Assembly (NCBI GenBank): GCA_946533675.1 | Contig: CAMNBZ010000008.1 | Location: 5,360-69,359 of the forward strand | DNA length: 64,000 bases | Source of the DNA: an uncultured Verrucomicrobiota bacterium | Lineage (GTDB): Bacteria; Verrucomicrobiota; Kiritimatiellia; RFP12; UBA1067 | Reading direction: 5' to 3' | Shown here: in pieces, positions 48,476 through 57,602 of the stretch | How positions within the stretch are numbered: position 1 is the stretch's first letter | Layout: the number at the start of each line of letters is the position of its first letter | The notes under the pieces: model-generated | The model's input: only the letters and a program-made list of their open reading frames with translations | Databases searched by the model: none | What the model was told of the DNA's origin: nothing | Position numbers and translations under genes: made by a program

Positions 48476-49252
48476 ATGCTGACCAAGCGCGTGATACCGT
48501 GCCTGGACGTGCGGCAGGGGCGCGTCACCAAGGGTGTGAAGTTCAAGAACAACATCGATCTCGGCGACCCCGTGGAGATGGCCGTCCGCTATTCCGACGG
48601 CGGCGCGGACGAGCTCGTCTTCTACGACATCACCGCGTCGGCGGAGCGGCGGCCGATCGACATCGGCATGGTCGCGGCGGTCGCGCGCGCGATCCGCATC
48701 CCGTTCGCGGTCGGCGGCGGCATCTCGACGGTCGCGGACATGGAGCGCGTCATCCTCGCGGGCGCGGAGAAGGTGAGCGTCAATTCGCTCGCCGTGAAGA
48801 ATCCGTCGATCATCGCCGAGGGCGCGCGCGCGTTCGGCCGCCAGTGCATCGTCCTCGGCATGGATCCCGTCAAGAGCGACAACCCCGCGTGCCCGTCGGG
48901 CTACGAGATCACGACGCGCGGCTTCCGCGAGTTCACCGGCATGGACGCGGTCGACTGGGCGCGGCGCGCGGCGGACCTGGGCGCGGGCGAGATCGTCGTC
49001 AATTCCGTCGACGCGGACGGCACGCGCGCCGGCTTCGCGTTGGAGCTGACGCGGCTCATCGCCGAGGCGGTCGGCGTGCCGGTCGTGGCGTCGGGCGGCG
49101 CGGGAAGGCCCGAACATCTCGTCACCGTCTTCCAGGAGGCGGCGGCCGACGCGGCCATCGTCGCGGGCATGATCCACACGGGCGAATACACGATCGCCGA
49201 CATCAAGCGGGTGATGCACGCCGCGGGCGTGCCGACGCGCCTGAGCTACTGA
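48476..49252 (+). CDS. hisF: Imidazole glycerol phosphate synthase, cyclase subunit
   Basis: LTKRVIPCLDVRQGRVTKGV, DELVFYDITAS, and IPFAVGGGI. Confidence 0.95.
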   Translation: MLTKRVIPCLDVRQGRVTKGVKFKNNIDLGDPVEMAVRYSDGGADELVFYDITASAERRPIDIGMVAAVARAIRIPFAVGGGISTVADMERVILAGAEKVSVNSLAVKNPSIIAEGARAFGRQCIVLGMDPVKSDNPACPSGYEITTRGFREFTGMDAVDWARRAADLGAGEIVVNSVDADGTRAGFALELTRLIAEAVGVPVVASGGAGRPEHLVTVFQEAAADAAIVAGMIHTGEYTIADIKRVMHAAGVPTRLSY

Positions 49253-49270
49253 TCTGAAAGGACGTGAACA

Positions 49271-50827
<1,557 letters not shown>

Positions 50828-50875
50828 CCGCGCGCCGCCCCTCCCCGATCGGGTAGGACGCCGCCGGCTCGCTTT

Positions 50876-50884
50876 TGATAAACT
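50876..50884 (+). promoter_or_regulatory. Extended -10 box TGATAAACT, 6 nt from the ATG (leaderless candidate)
   Basis: CTTTTGATAAACTATCGTCATG; the ATG is at 50891. Confidence 0.55.
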
Positions 50885-50890
50885 ATCGTC

Positions 50891-52774
50891 ATGAATGCGA
50901 AGATTCTTTTGGGGACGCTGTGCCTGCTGCCGTGCGCGCTCGGCGCGGCGGTGACGACGGCGGTGGATCATCCGGCGGCCGCGCGCGCGGTGCAGCTGCT
51001 CGAGGGCAAGACAGGCGACGCGGCCGTGCGGCTGGAGGTCGCGCCCGCTCTCGCGTCCACGCTCGCCGACGGCTACGAGGTGCGGCGCGCGCCGGACGGG
51101 ACGCTCGTCGTCGCGGGCGCGCGGCCGCGCGCGCTCCTCTACGCCGCGTACGAGCCGCAGCGCTGGCTGGGCGCGGGCGACGCGCCGGTCCGCCGCGTGC
51201 CGCATTTCCGCCGGCGCCTGCTGAACTTCACGGGCAAGGGCCATTCGGTCGCGGACTGGGTGGCGGCGACGGGCGCGAACAGCGTGCACCTGGCGCGCAA
51301 TGCGGCGGGGCGGCTGGTGCAGGCGTGCCGCGACGCCGACGTGGACGTGTATGCGTTCCTCTACGGCTGCGACGCGTCGAAGTGGAACCGCGGCCGGTTC
51401 GCCGCGTTCATCGCCGCGCATCCCGAGGCGAAGGGCGTCGATCCGGGCCGCAGCTGGGAGAAGGGCGTCCTGTGCCCGTCGTCGCCGGCGACGTGGGCGT
51501 TTTTCGCGCAGACGATCACCGAGCTCGCCGAGTCGGGCGATTTCGACGGCGTGGTGGTGACGTTCTGGGACGACTACGGCCTCAACTGCTGCTGCGAGAA
51601 GTGCCGCACGGGCGGGCGGGACAGCTTCGGCGCGCGCAACGTGGTCCTCGTCAACTGCTTTGAACAGGCGCTCAAGGCGATCGGCAAGCGGCTCATCGTG
51701 CGCACGTGGGCGAGCGGCGCGCCGCATTTCCTCGGCGACGAGTGGGTGCATGCGCCCGGCTACGCGGGCCGCGAGGATGCGCTCGCGACGTGGGCGCGCG
51801 CGTTCGAGGCGAGCGACCGCGCGACGGTCTTCGTCACGAAGGTCTACAACGCCGACTGCCAGCCAGATCCGCCGTTCTCGAACCTGCTCGGCGCGGCCGC
51901 GGCGGCGGGCCGCACGGAGCTCGCCGAGTGGCAGATCACGGGGCAGACGGTGGGGCTCAACTACCTGCCGTATTCCAACGTCGAACACACGGCCCGGACG
52001 ATGAAAAAGGCGGCCGCGCTCGTCGGGCGCGACAACGGCGTGTGCCTCTACGCGGGCGGCTACAAGCGCGGCGACTACGAGGCGCTGGACGACGACGTCA
52101 ATTCCATCAACATCCATGCGTGGCGGCAGCTCGCGTGGGATCCGGACGACGACGTGGCGGCGATCTGGCGCGAATGGGCCGAGCCGCGCTACGGCGCGGA
52201 CGCGCCGGCGGCGGTGGCAGCCCTGCAGGCGTGCGAACGCGCGGCGGTCGTCGCGTTCTCGCCGCTCGGGCTCGGCGCGCCGACGGAATCGAAGGCGGCG
52301 AAGACGGTGCAGCGGCGCGAAGACCTCTTCCGCTACACGAACCGCCAGTATCTGCCCGAGGGCCGCGCGGCGCTGATGCCGACGGAGGCGAACATCCAGG
52401 CCGTCGTCGACGAGAAGAACGCGGCGATCGCGGCGCTCGAGGCGGCGCGCCCGGCGGCCGCGGAAGGGCCGACGGCGGAACTGGCGCGGCGGATGGACCT
52501 TCTGATCGCGCATCTGAAGACGTACCGCGCGGTGGACGGGGCGATGTGGCGCTTCCGGCGGCTCCGCTTCCTGAAGGACATGGGCGTGAGCGACGCGCGG
52601 CTCATGCGCGAGATCGAGGCGGACTTCGACTTCCTGCGCCACAACCCGTATCCGCTGTCGGAGGAGCTCGGCAGTCCCGTGCCGCTCATGCGCGACATCC
52701 ATTCCAACGCGCTCGAATGCGTCGAGCGCATCCTCGGCCCGGAGCGGGCGGCGGCGGACCGGCCCGCGCGGTGA
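50891..52774 (+). CDS. Hypothetical secreted protein, possibly a glycoside-hydrolase-like TIM barrel (family unassigned)
   Basis: Signal peptide MNAKILLGTLCLLPCALGA. The codon usage matches neighbouring genes. The Cys cluster NCCCEKCR has no motif I can assign. Confidence 0.65.
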   Translation: MNAKILLGTLCLLPCALGAAVTTAVDHPAAARAVQLLEGKTGDAAVRLEVAPALASTLADGYEVRRAPDGTLVVAGARPRALLYAAYEPQRWLGAGDAPVRRVPHFRRRLLNFTGKGHSVADWVAATGANSVHLARNAAGRLVQACRDADVDVYAFLYGCDASKWNRGRFAAFIAAHPEAKGVDPGRSWEKGVLCPSSPATWAFFAQTITELAESGDFDGVVVTFWDDYGLNCCCEKCRTGGRDSFGARNVVLVNCFEQALKAIGKRLIVRTWASGAPHFLGDEWVHAPGYAGREDALATWARAFEASDRATVFVTKVYNADCQPDPPFSNLLGAAAAAGRTELAEWQITGQTVGLNYLPYSNVEHTARTMKKAAALVGRDNGVCLYAGGYKRGDYEALDDDVNSINIHAWRQLAWDPDDDVAAIWREWAEPRYGADAPAAVAALQACERAAVVAFSPLGLGAPTESKAAKTVQRREDLFRYTNRQYLPEGRAALMPTEANIQAVVDEKNAAIAALEAARPAAAEGPTAELARRMDLLIAHLKTYRAVDGAMWRFRRLRFLKDMGVSDARLMREIEADFDFLRHNPYPLSEELGSPVPLMRDIHSNALECVERILGPERAAADRPAR

Positions 52775-52777
52775 CGC

Positions 52778-53935
52778 CTAGCGGCGGCCGCCGGGCGCGG
52801 CCGTCTGCTGCGCCCGCCAGGCGCGCGGCGTCAGGCCGGTGCGCTTCTTGAAGAAGCGCTTGAGGTAGCTGTCGGATTCCCAGCCGCACAGGCCGGCGAG
52901 CTGACCGATCGGCAGATCGGTTTCGCGGAGCAGCTGCAGGACCCGGGCGAAGCGCACTTCCTGGATTTCGCCGAGGATGGTCCGGCCGGTCGCCGCGCGG
53001 AAGCGCTTTTCCGCGAGGCGGCGCGACAGGCCGATCTCGGCGAGGACGTCGGCAGCCGTGAGGCCCGAGCAGGCGTCGCGGCGGATGCGTTCGACCGCCC
53101 GGATGATGCGCGTGTCGTTTGAGTTGACGATGCGCGTGGACTGGCGGCGGTAGAGGCCGAGCGGACCGAATGGCAGCCGCCGGGGCGGCAGCTGCGGATC
53201 CCGGATGAGGTCTGCCAGCAGGTCGGCGGCGAGGCAGCCGGCCGCCTTGAAGTCCGGCTGGATGGACGTCAGCGTCGGAAAGGAGTTTTCACAGAGCAGT
53301 TCGTCGTTGTCCACGCCGACGATGGCGACGTCGCGCGGCGATTCGAGCCCGGCGAGCGTGCAGGCGCCCGCGACCTGTTCGGCGGCGTAGTCGTTGGCGG
53401 CGAAGACGCCGAGCGGCCGGGGTTGCGCCGCGAGCCAGCGGGCGAGCCGCTTCTGGACGGCGAAGGTGTCCTGCCAGGGCGTGTCGTAGAGCGCGCACGC
53501 GCCGTGGCGCGCGGCGATCTCGTGCCGGAAGGCCGTGCCGCGGTCGATGCTCCAGCTGGTGGGACTGCACCACCCGACGTAGGCGTAGGCGGCGGGCCGG
53601 AGCGCGGCGAGCTCGGCCGCGGCGCGGCGGGCGAGGGCCGCCGCGTCGTTCGTGACGGCGTGGCAGGGTCGGCGCAGCGTGACGGGGTCGGGGTCGATGT
53701 AGACGATGGGGATGTTGAAGCGGCGCGTGTCGACGGGCTCGGTCAGCTTGCCGCATTCCATGATGCAGCCGACGGGACGCCAGGTGGCGACGAATTCCCG
53801 GAGTGGGCGCGTCGTGCGGTCGCGTTCGATCTCGATCACCCGCCAGTTGTGCGCGGCGGCGCGCGCGTAGACGCCCGCCAGCGTGACGACGTGCGAGCCG
53901 GTATGGAGGTCGGTGATGAAAAGAACGGTATCCAT
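52778..53935 (-). CDS. XylR-like regulator: periplasmic-binding-protein (LacI-type) sugar sensor fused to an AraC-family HTH
   Basis: VGVDNDELLCENSFPTLTSIQPD in the PBP domain. C-terminal AraC HTH (IGLSRRLAEKRFRAATGRTI..LAGLCGWESDSYLKRFFKKRTGLTPRAWR). Confidence 0.88.
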   Translation of the reverse strand: MDTVLFITDLHTGSHVVTLAGVYARAAAHNWRVIEIERDRTTRPLREFVATWRPVGCIMECGKLTEPVDTRRFNIPIVYIDPDPVTLRRPCHAVTNDAAALARRAAAELAALRPAAYAYVGWCSPTSWSIDRGTAFRHEIAARHGACALYDTPWQDTFAVQKRLARWLAAQPRPLGVFAANDYAAEQVAGACTLAGLESPRDVAIVGVDNDELLCENSFPTLTSIQPDFKAAGCLAADLLADLIRDPQLPPRRLPFGPLGLYRRQSTRIVNSNDTRIIRAVERIRRDACSGLTAADVLAEIGLSRRLAEKRFRAATGRTILGEIQEVRFARVLQLLRETDLPIGQLAGLCGWESDSYLKRFFKKRTGLTPRAWRAQQTAAPGGRR

Positions 53936-53943
53936 CGCTCGGT

Positions 53944-53973
53944 ATTTTACTCTATTTGCGTCCGCGCGGTCAA
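53944..53973 (-). promoter_or_regulatory. Minus-strand promoter: TTGACC, 18-nt spacer, TAAAAT, 8 nt from the regulator ATG (leaderless candidate)
   Basis: The reverse complement reads CTTGACCGCGCGGACGCAAATAGAGTAAAATACCGAGCGATG. Confidence 0.55.
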
Positions 53974-54028
53974 GCGCAAAAGGTCATCTTTTTGGCGCGC
54001 GATCGGGTAGGTCGCCGACGCGAAAATA

Positions 54029-54037
54029 TGATAGACT
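54029..54037 (+). promoter_or_regulatory. Extended -10 box TGATAGACT, 8 nt from the ATG (leaderless candidate)
   Basis: ATATGATAGACTATTCGTTGATG; the ATG is at 54046. Confidence 0.55.
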
Positions 54038-54045
54038 ATTCGTTG

Positions 54046-55845
54046 ATGAACACACATTCCCTTTTTGTCCGTCTCCTTTCGGTTCTGACGTGCGCCGCCT
54101 GCGTGGCGCCGGGCGCGGTCGCGGCCGCGCCTTCGGTCGTGACGGTCGACGGCCGGCCGGGCGCGTGGCGGCTGGTGCGCAACGGCCAGCCCTATTTCGT
54201 CTGCGGCGCGGGCGGCGGCGCGTCGAAAAAGCTGCTGGCGAAGATGGGCGGCAACTCGTTCCGGACGTGGGGCGCGGACCGCCTGGACGCGGACTTCGCC
54301 GAGGCGCGGAAATACGGCCTCACGGTGATGGCGGGCTTTTGGCTGGGGCACGCCGAGCACGGCTTCGACTACACCGACGCGGCGGCGCTCGCGCGGACCG
54401 AGGCGGAGGTGACGGCGGCGGTCGCGAAGTTCAGGGACGACCCGGCGCTCCTGTGCTGGGCGCTCGGCAACGAGATGGAGATGAACAATCCGCACCGCAA
54501 GGAGATGTGGGCGTTCATCGACCGGCTGGCGGAGAAGGTGAAGGCGCTCGATCCGCACCATCCCGTCTGCACCGTCGTGGCGGAGATCCCCGACGAGACG
54601 CTGGCGGAGTTCAAGACGCTGGCGCCCCATCTGGACTTCCTCGGCATCAACAGCTACGGCGGCTGCCCGACGCTGGGCGCGCGGTGGCGCGCGGCGGGGA
54701 TGACGCGGCCGTATCTCGTCACCGAGTTCGGCGCGCGCGGCAGCTGGGAGGGGCCGAAGGACGCGAACGGCATTCCGCTGGAGCAGACGTCGACGGAGAA
54801 GGGCGCGTTCTTCGCCGACAGCTACGCGCGGGGCATCGCCGCCGAGAAGGGAAAGATGTGCCTCGGCTCGTATGCGTTCACGTGGGGCTGGAAGGTGGAG
54901 GCGACGCCGACGTGGCACGGGATGCTGCTGCCGGACCTGTCGGTGCTGGCGAGCGCGCAGGCGGTGCAGGAGGCGTGGGGCCGGGTCAAGGTGCGCAACC
55001 GCTGCCCGGTGCTGGAGCCGCTGGACGTCGCGGGCGGCCTGACGGGGCGGGCGGAATGCCGCGCGCACGATCCCGACGGCGACGCGCTGACCTACTCGTG
55101 GGTGCTGCTCAGCGACACGGGCGACTACGACACGATCGGCACGGGGCTCGCGATGCCCGAAGGCTGGGACGGGGCGATCCTCGAGGGGCAGGGGACGGCG
55201 AACGTGACGTTCCGGCTGCCGGGCGGCGGCGTCTACCGGCTGTACTGCTACGTGTTCGACGGCAAGGGCCATGCGGCGTGCGCGAACGTGCCGCTGAAGG
55301 GCGAGGGCGCGACGCCCCGGCGCGCACGCAAGCCGGTGCCGATGCCGGTCGCCGTGCTGTCGGACGCGGATGCGGGCGCGGCGCGCGGCCCGTGGGTGCC
55401 GTCGGGCTACATGGGCAACACGCGCGCGCTGAAGGTGGACGAGCGGTGCGCCGACCGGCCGTTCGCGGGCGAGACGTGTCTGCGCGTTGAATACACCGAC
55501 CACATCGGCTGGGCGGGCATCTTCTGGCAGGATCCGGCGAACGACTGGGGCGAGAAGCCGGGCGGGCGCAACCTGGCGCAGGCGACGACGCTTGTCTTCC
55601 GGGCGCGCGGCGAGAGGGGCGGCGAAAAGGTCGATTTCTTCGTGGGCGGGCTGAAGGACAAGCCGCACGGCGACAGCGCCGAGGCGAAACTGGCGGTGAC
55701 GCTGAAGAAGGAGTGGACGCGCTACCGCATTCCGCTCGACGGCAAGGATCTTTCGCAGATCAAGACGGGCTTCGGCTTTTCGCTGGCGTCCTCGGGCGAT
55801 CCGGTCGTTTTTTACCTTGACGAGATCATCTACACGGCGGACTAG
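54046..55845 (+). CDS. Clan GH-A (beta/alpha)8 glycoside hydrolase with Ig-like and CBM-like C-terminal domains; possibly an endo-beta-1,3-glucanase (GH158/GH2-TIM-like)
   Basis: Signal peptide. SFRTWGA, the acid/base block CWALGNEMEMN, and LVTEFGARGSW as nucleophile candidate. Neighbours are GH81 and GH3. Confidence 0.7.
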   Translation: MNTHSLFVRLLSVLTCAACVAPGAVAAAPSVVTVDGRPGAWRLVRNGQPYFVCGAGGGASKKLLAKMGGNSFRTWGADRLDADFAEARKYGLTVMAGFWLGHAEHGFDYTDAAALARTEAEVTAAVAKFRDDPALLCWALGNEMEMNNPHRKEMWAFIDRLAEKVKALDPHHPVCTVVAEIPDETLAEFKTLAPHLDFLGINSYGGCPTLGARWRAAGMTRPYLVTEFGARGSWEGPKDANGIPLEQTSTEKGAFFADSYARGIAAEKGKMCLGSYAFTWGWKVEATPTWHGMLLPDLSVLASAQAVQEAWGRVKVRNRCPVLEPLDVAGGLTGRAECRAHDPDGDALTYSWVLLSDTGDYDTIGTGLAMPEGWDGAILEGQGTANVTFRLPGGGVYRLYCYVFDGKGHAACANVPLKGEGATPRRARKPVPMPVAVLSDADAGAARGPWVPSGYMGNTRALKVDERCADRPFAGETCLRVEYTDHIGWAGIFWQDPANDWGEKPGGRNLAQATTLVFRARGERGGEKVDFFVGGLKDKPHGDSAEAKLAVTLKKEWTRYRIPLDGKDLSQIKTGFGFSLASSGDPVVFYLDEIIYTAD

Positions 55846-55880
55846 GCGCGCGGCGGATTCGGTTCGCGGCTGGTTCGGCA

Positions 55881-55910
55881 GTGGCGGATTCAGCAGTGGC
55901 GGATTCAGCA
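55881..55910. repeat. Perfect 15-bp tandem duplication GTGGCGGATTCAGCA x2 inside a GRATTCRG-rich tract
   Basis: The two copies are at 55881-95 and 55896-910. Further GGATTCGG/TGATTCGG/GAATTCGG copies span 55853-56041. Confidence 0.8.
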
Positions 55911-56126
55911 TACGATGAATTCTGTGCGCGGCTGATGAAGCGTGCGTGGGGCTCGATAGGCGCGCGGCGATTTTGACGCGCGCCGGATTCGGCATTGCCT
56001 GATTCGGTCCACGGCGGATGCAGTATGTTGCGAATTCGGCACATGGCTTTTGCCGCGACGAGATCAACGACAGGAAAGTATCAATACTGACAAGAAACAC
56101 CAGAAATGGGTGTTAGAAATGCTTTT

Positions 56127-56151
56127 AAGAATTTCCGCATAGAATTCTCAT
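56127..56151. repeat. Direct repeat copy A: AAGAATTTCCGCATAGAATTCTCAT
   Basis: Near-identical to 57244-57269 (AAGAATTTTCCGCATTGAATTCTCAT). Confidence 0.8.
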
Positions 56152-56155
56152 TTTA

Positions 56156-56164
56156 TGATATACT
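56156..56164 (+). promoter_or_regulatory. Extended -10 box TGATATACT
   Basis: TTTTATGATATACTG consensus. It would give a ~160-nt leader containing the 22-bp repeats. Confidence 0.5.
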
Positions 56165-56213
56165 GTTCTTGTCCGCGGGTAGAAGGGGTGCCGCTTGTCT
56201 CGGCGAGAGGTGC

Positions 56214-56330
56214 GTCAATCCGTGGCGAAAGGAGCATCCAATCCGTCGTGAAAGGAGCTCCAATTCAGCGAATGAAACGTCCATTCAAGACAAAGGGAAC
56301 GTCAATTCAAGGCGAAAGGAGGGTCAAGTC
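56214..56330 (+). repeat. Five tandem ~22-bp repeats (TCCAATNCNNNGNGAAAGGAGN) ending at the start codon
   Basis: Units at 56214-36, 56237-58, 56259-79, 56280-301 and 56302-23, plus a partial TCAAGTC. Unit lengths of 21-23 nt are not multiples of 3. Confidence 0.85.
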
Positions 56331-57299
56331 ATGAAAAAAGAGTCGAGAACATATCAACATTCGGCCTATTGGTATGCCGCGCAGTATGGCTGGTCGCGGA
56401 GTGACGCGCAAAGTTATTCCGGCACCTATCTGGATATCCATACCTATTATCCGCGGGGGACCGGCAGGAAGGGCGCGGACGGGCGGGAGGCAGGCTGGTG
56501 CTTCGACTCGACCTTCAACCCGATCGTCCTGGGCGTGTGCCTCGCAACGGATATCGGGCTGGCGCTGCGCGACACGGTGCGCAAAATCACCGATCCCGTC
56601 GAGCGGGACCGAATGAAGCGCGAACTGATGCGCGATCTGCGCAGTCTCCGCCGTCCCGTCTATTACGAGCGGGAACGCGCGCGACGCCGCCAACTCGCCC
56701 TTGAACGGCGCAAAGTGACCCGACGCGAAATGGACGCGCCCATGCCCACGGCGGACGAAATCCGCGCGGCATGGGATCGCCGCACGAACTCGCGCGCAGA
56801 TGCCATCCGCCTGGGCGGTCTCCTCGATACGCTCGCCTGCCACGTTGACAGCTGCCTCAAATTCGACGAATACGGGAATGTTGTCGGACGAAACGGCGGC
56901 ATTCGCGGCTGGCTGCGGCTGTGCCTGCCCGAACTCGCGCCGAAATACAAGACGCTCATGCGCTACAAGGCGCTGGCGACTCGCCTGCGGCAGCTGACGC
57001 AGACGCACGACCCCGTGCCGACGTCGCGCCTGCTGGAGGAGCCGCTGGACGAGAAGGTGGCGGCGCTGCTCGGTGCGCCGTCCAGGACGTTTTCGCAGCT
57101 ATTCGCCGATGTCGACTATCAACTGTCGCCCGAAACCGTTTTTCTCGATCCGCCAAGATGCACCGCGCGGCCGGGCCGGATGGCCGACCAGATGGTGAAA
57201 CGGGTGAAGAAGCGACGCGACAAGAAGCGTGAGAAAATCAGACAAGAATTTTCCGCATTGAATTCTCATAAACGAAGCTGGAGGTTGGTGGGGCGTTGA
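56331..57299 (+). CDS. Hypothetical protein (322 aa, Arg-rich, no recognisable domain)
   Basis: AAGGAGGG SD lies 7 nt before the ATG. The ORF continues upstream to 56106, but that part lies upstream of the -10 box and within the non-triplet repeats. Confidence 0.6.
   Translation: MKKESRTYQHSAYWYAAQYGWSRSDAQSYSGTYLDIHTYYPRGTGRKGADGREAGWCFDSTFNPIVLGVCLATDIGLALRDTVRKITDPVERDRMKRELMRDLRSLRRPVYYERERARRRQLALERRKVTRREMDAPMPTADEIRAAWDRRTNSRADAIRLGGLLDTLACHVDSCLKFDEYGNVVGRNGGIRGWLRLCLPELAPKYKTLMRYKALATRLRQLTQTHDPVPTSRLLEEPLDEKVAALLGAPSRTFSQLFADVDYQLSPETVFLDPPRCTARPGRMADQMVKRVKKRRDKKREKIRQEFSALNSHKRSWRLVGR
57244..57269. repeat. Direct repeat copy B: AAGAATTTTCCGCATTGAATTCTCAT
   Basis: Matches 56127-56151 and lies inside the 3' end of the 56331-57299 ORF. 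Confidence 0.8.
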
Positions 57300-57491
57300 G
57301 TTTTGGGGGCGAGAGCAGGGGATCGGCGATCGCTGAAGGGCCGAAGGTTGGTTAGAAGAGCCGAAGGTTGGTCAGGAAAGAAGATTTCTGATCGGAAGTC
57401 GATCTTGGCGGGGTGCGGGAGCTTGGTAGAAGGGGTGCGCAAACGGTCATGTTTTAGGTGCGCGAAAGGCTCCGTGTTGAGTTGGGTGAAA

Positions 57492-57500
57492 TGATATAAT
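57492..57500 (+). promoter_or_regulatory. Extended -10 box TGATATAAT
   Basis: AAATGATATAATATTGG. The ~95-nt leader contains TCTCTCAA x2 and AAAAGGAGAAAGGAAG before ATG 57603. Confidence 0.55.
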
Positions 57501-57602
57501 ATTGGAAACTTGATCTAAGGAAAATCTCTCAATCTCTCAATCAAGAACACCTTCAAACAGTTTCTCTACCAACTATCCGAAAAGGAGAAAGGAAGCAACA
57601 AC

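Noticed and set aside
53956-54045. Upstream starts (53956, 54028) for the GH-A hydrolase
   Set aside because: They overlap the divergent promoter region, and ATG 54028 lies inside the -10 box itself. The signal peptide begins right after ATG 54046.
56106-56330. N-terminal extension of the orphan ORF (ATG at 56106)
   Set aside because: The extension starts upstream of the predicted -10 box. It also reads through 21-23-nt non-triplet tandem repeats. A strong SD (AAGGAGGG) precedes ATG 56331 instead.
57303-57494. A 63-aa ORF between the two island genes
   Set aside because: It has no SD or promoter. It covers the repeat motifs (GCCGAAGGTTGGT x2, GGTAGAAGGGGTGC) and has an Arg/Gly/Lys-rich composition. 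It is probably non-coding.
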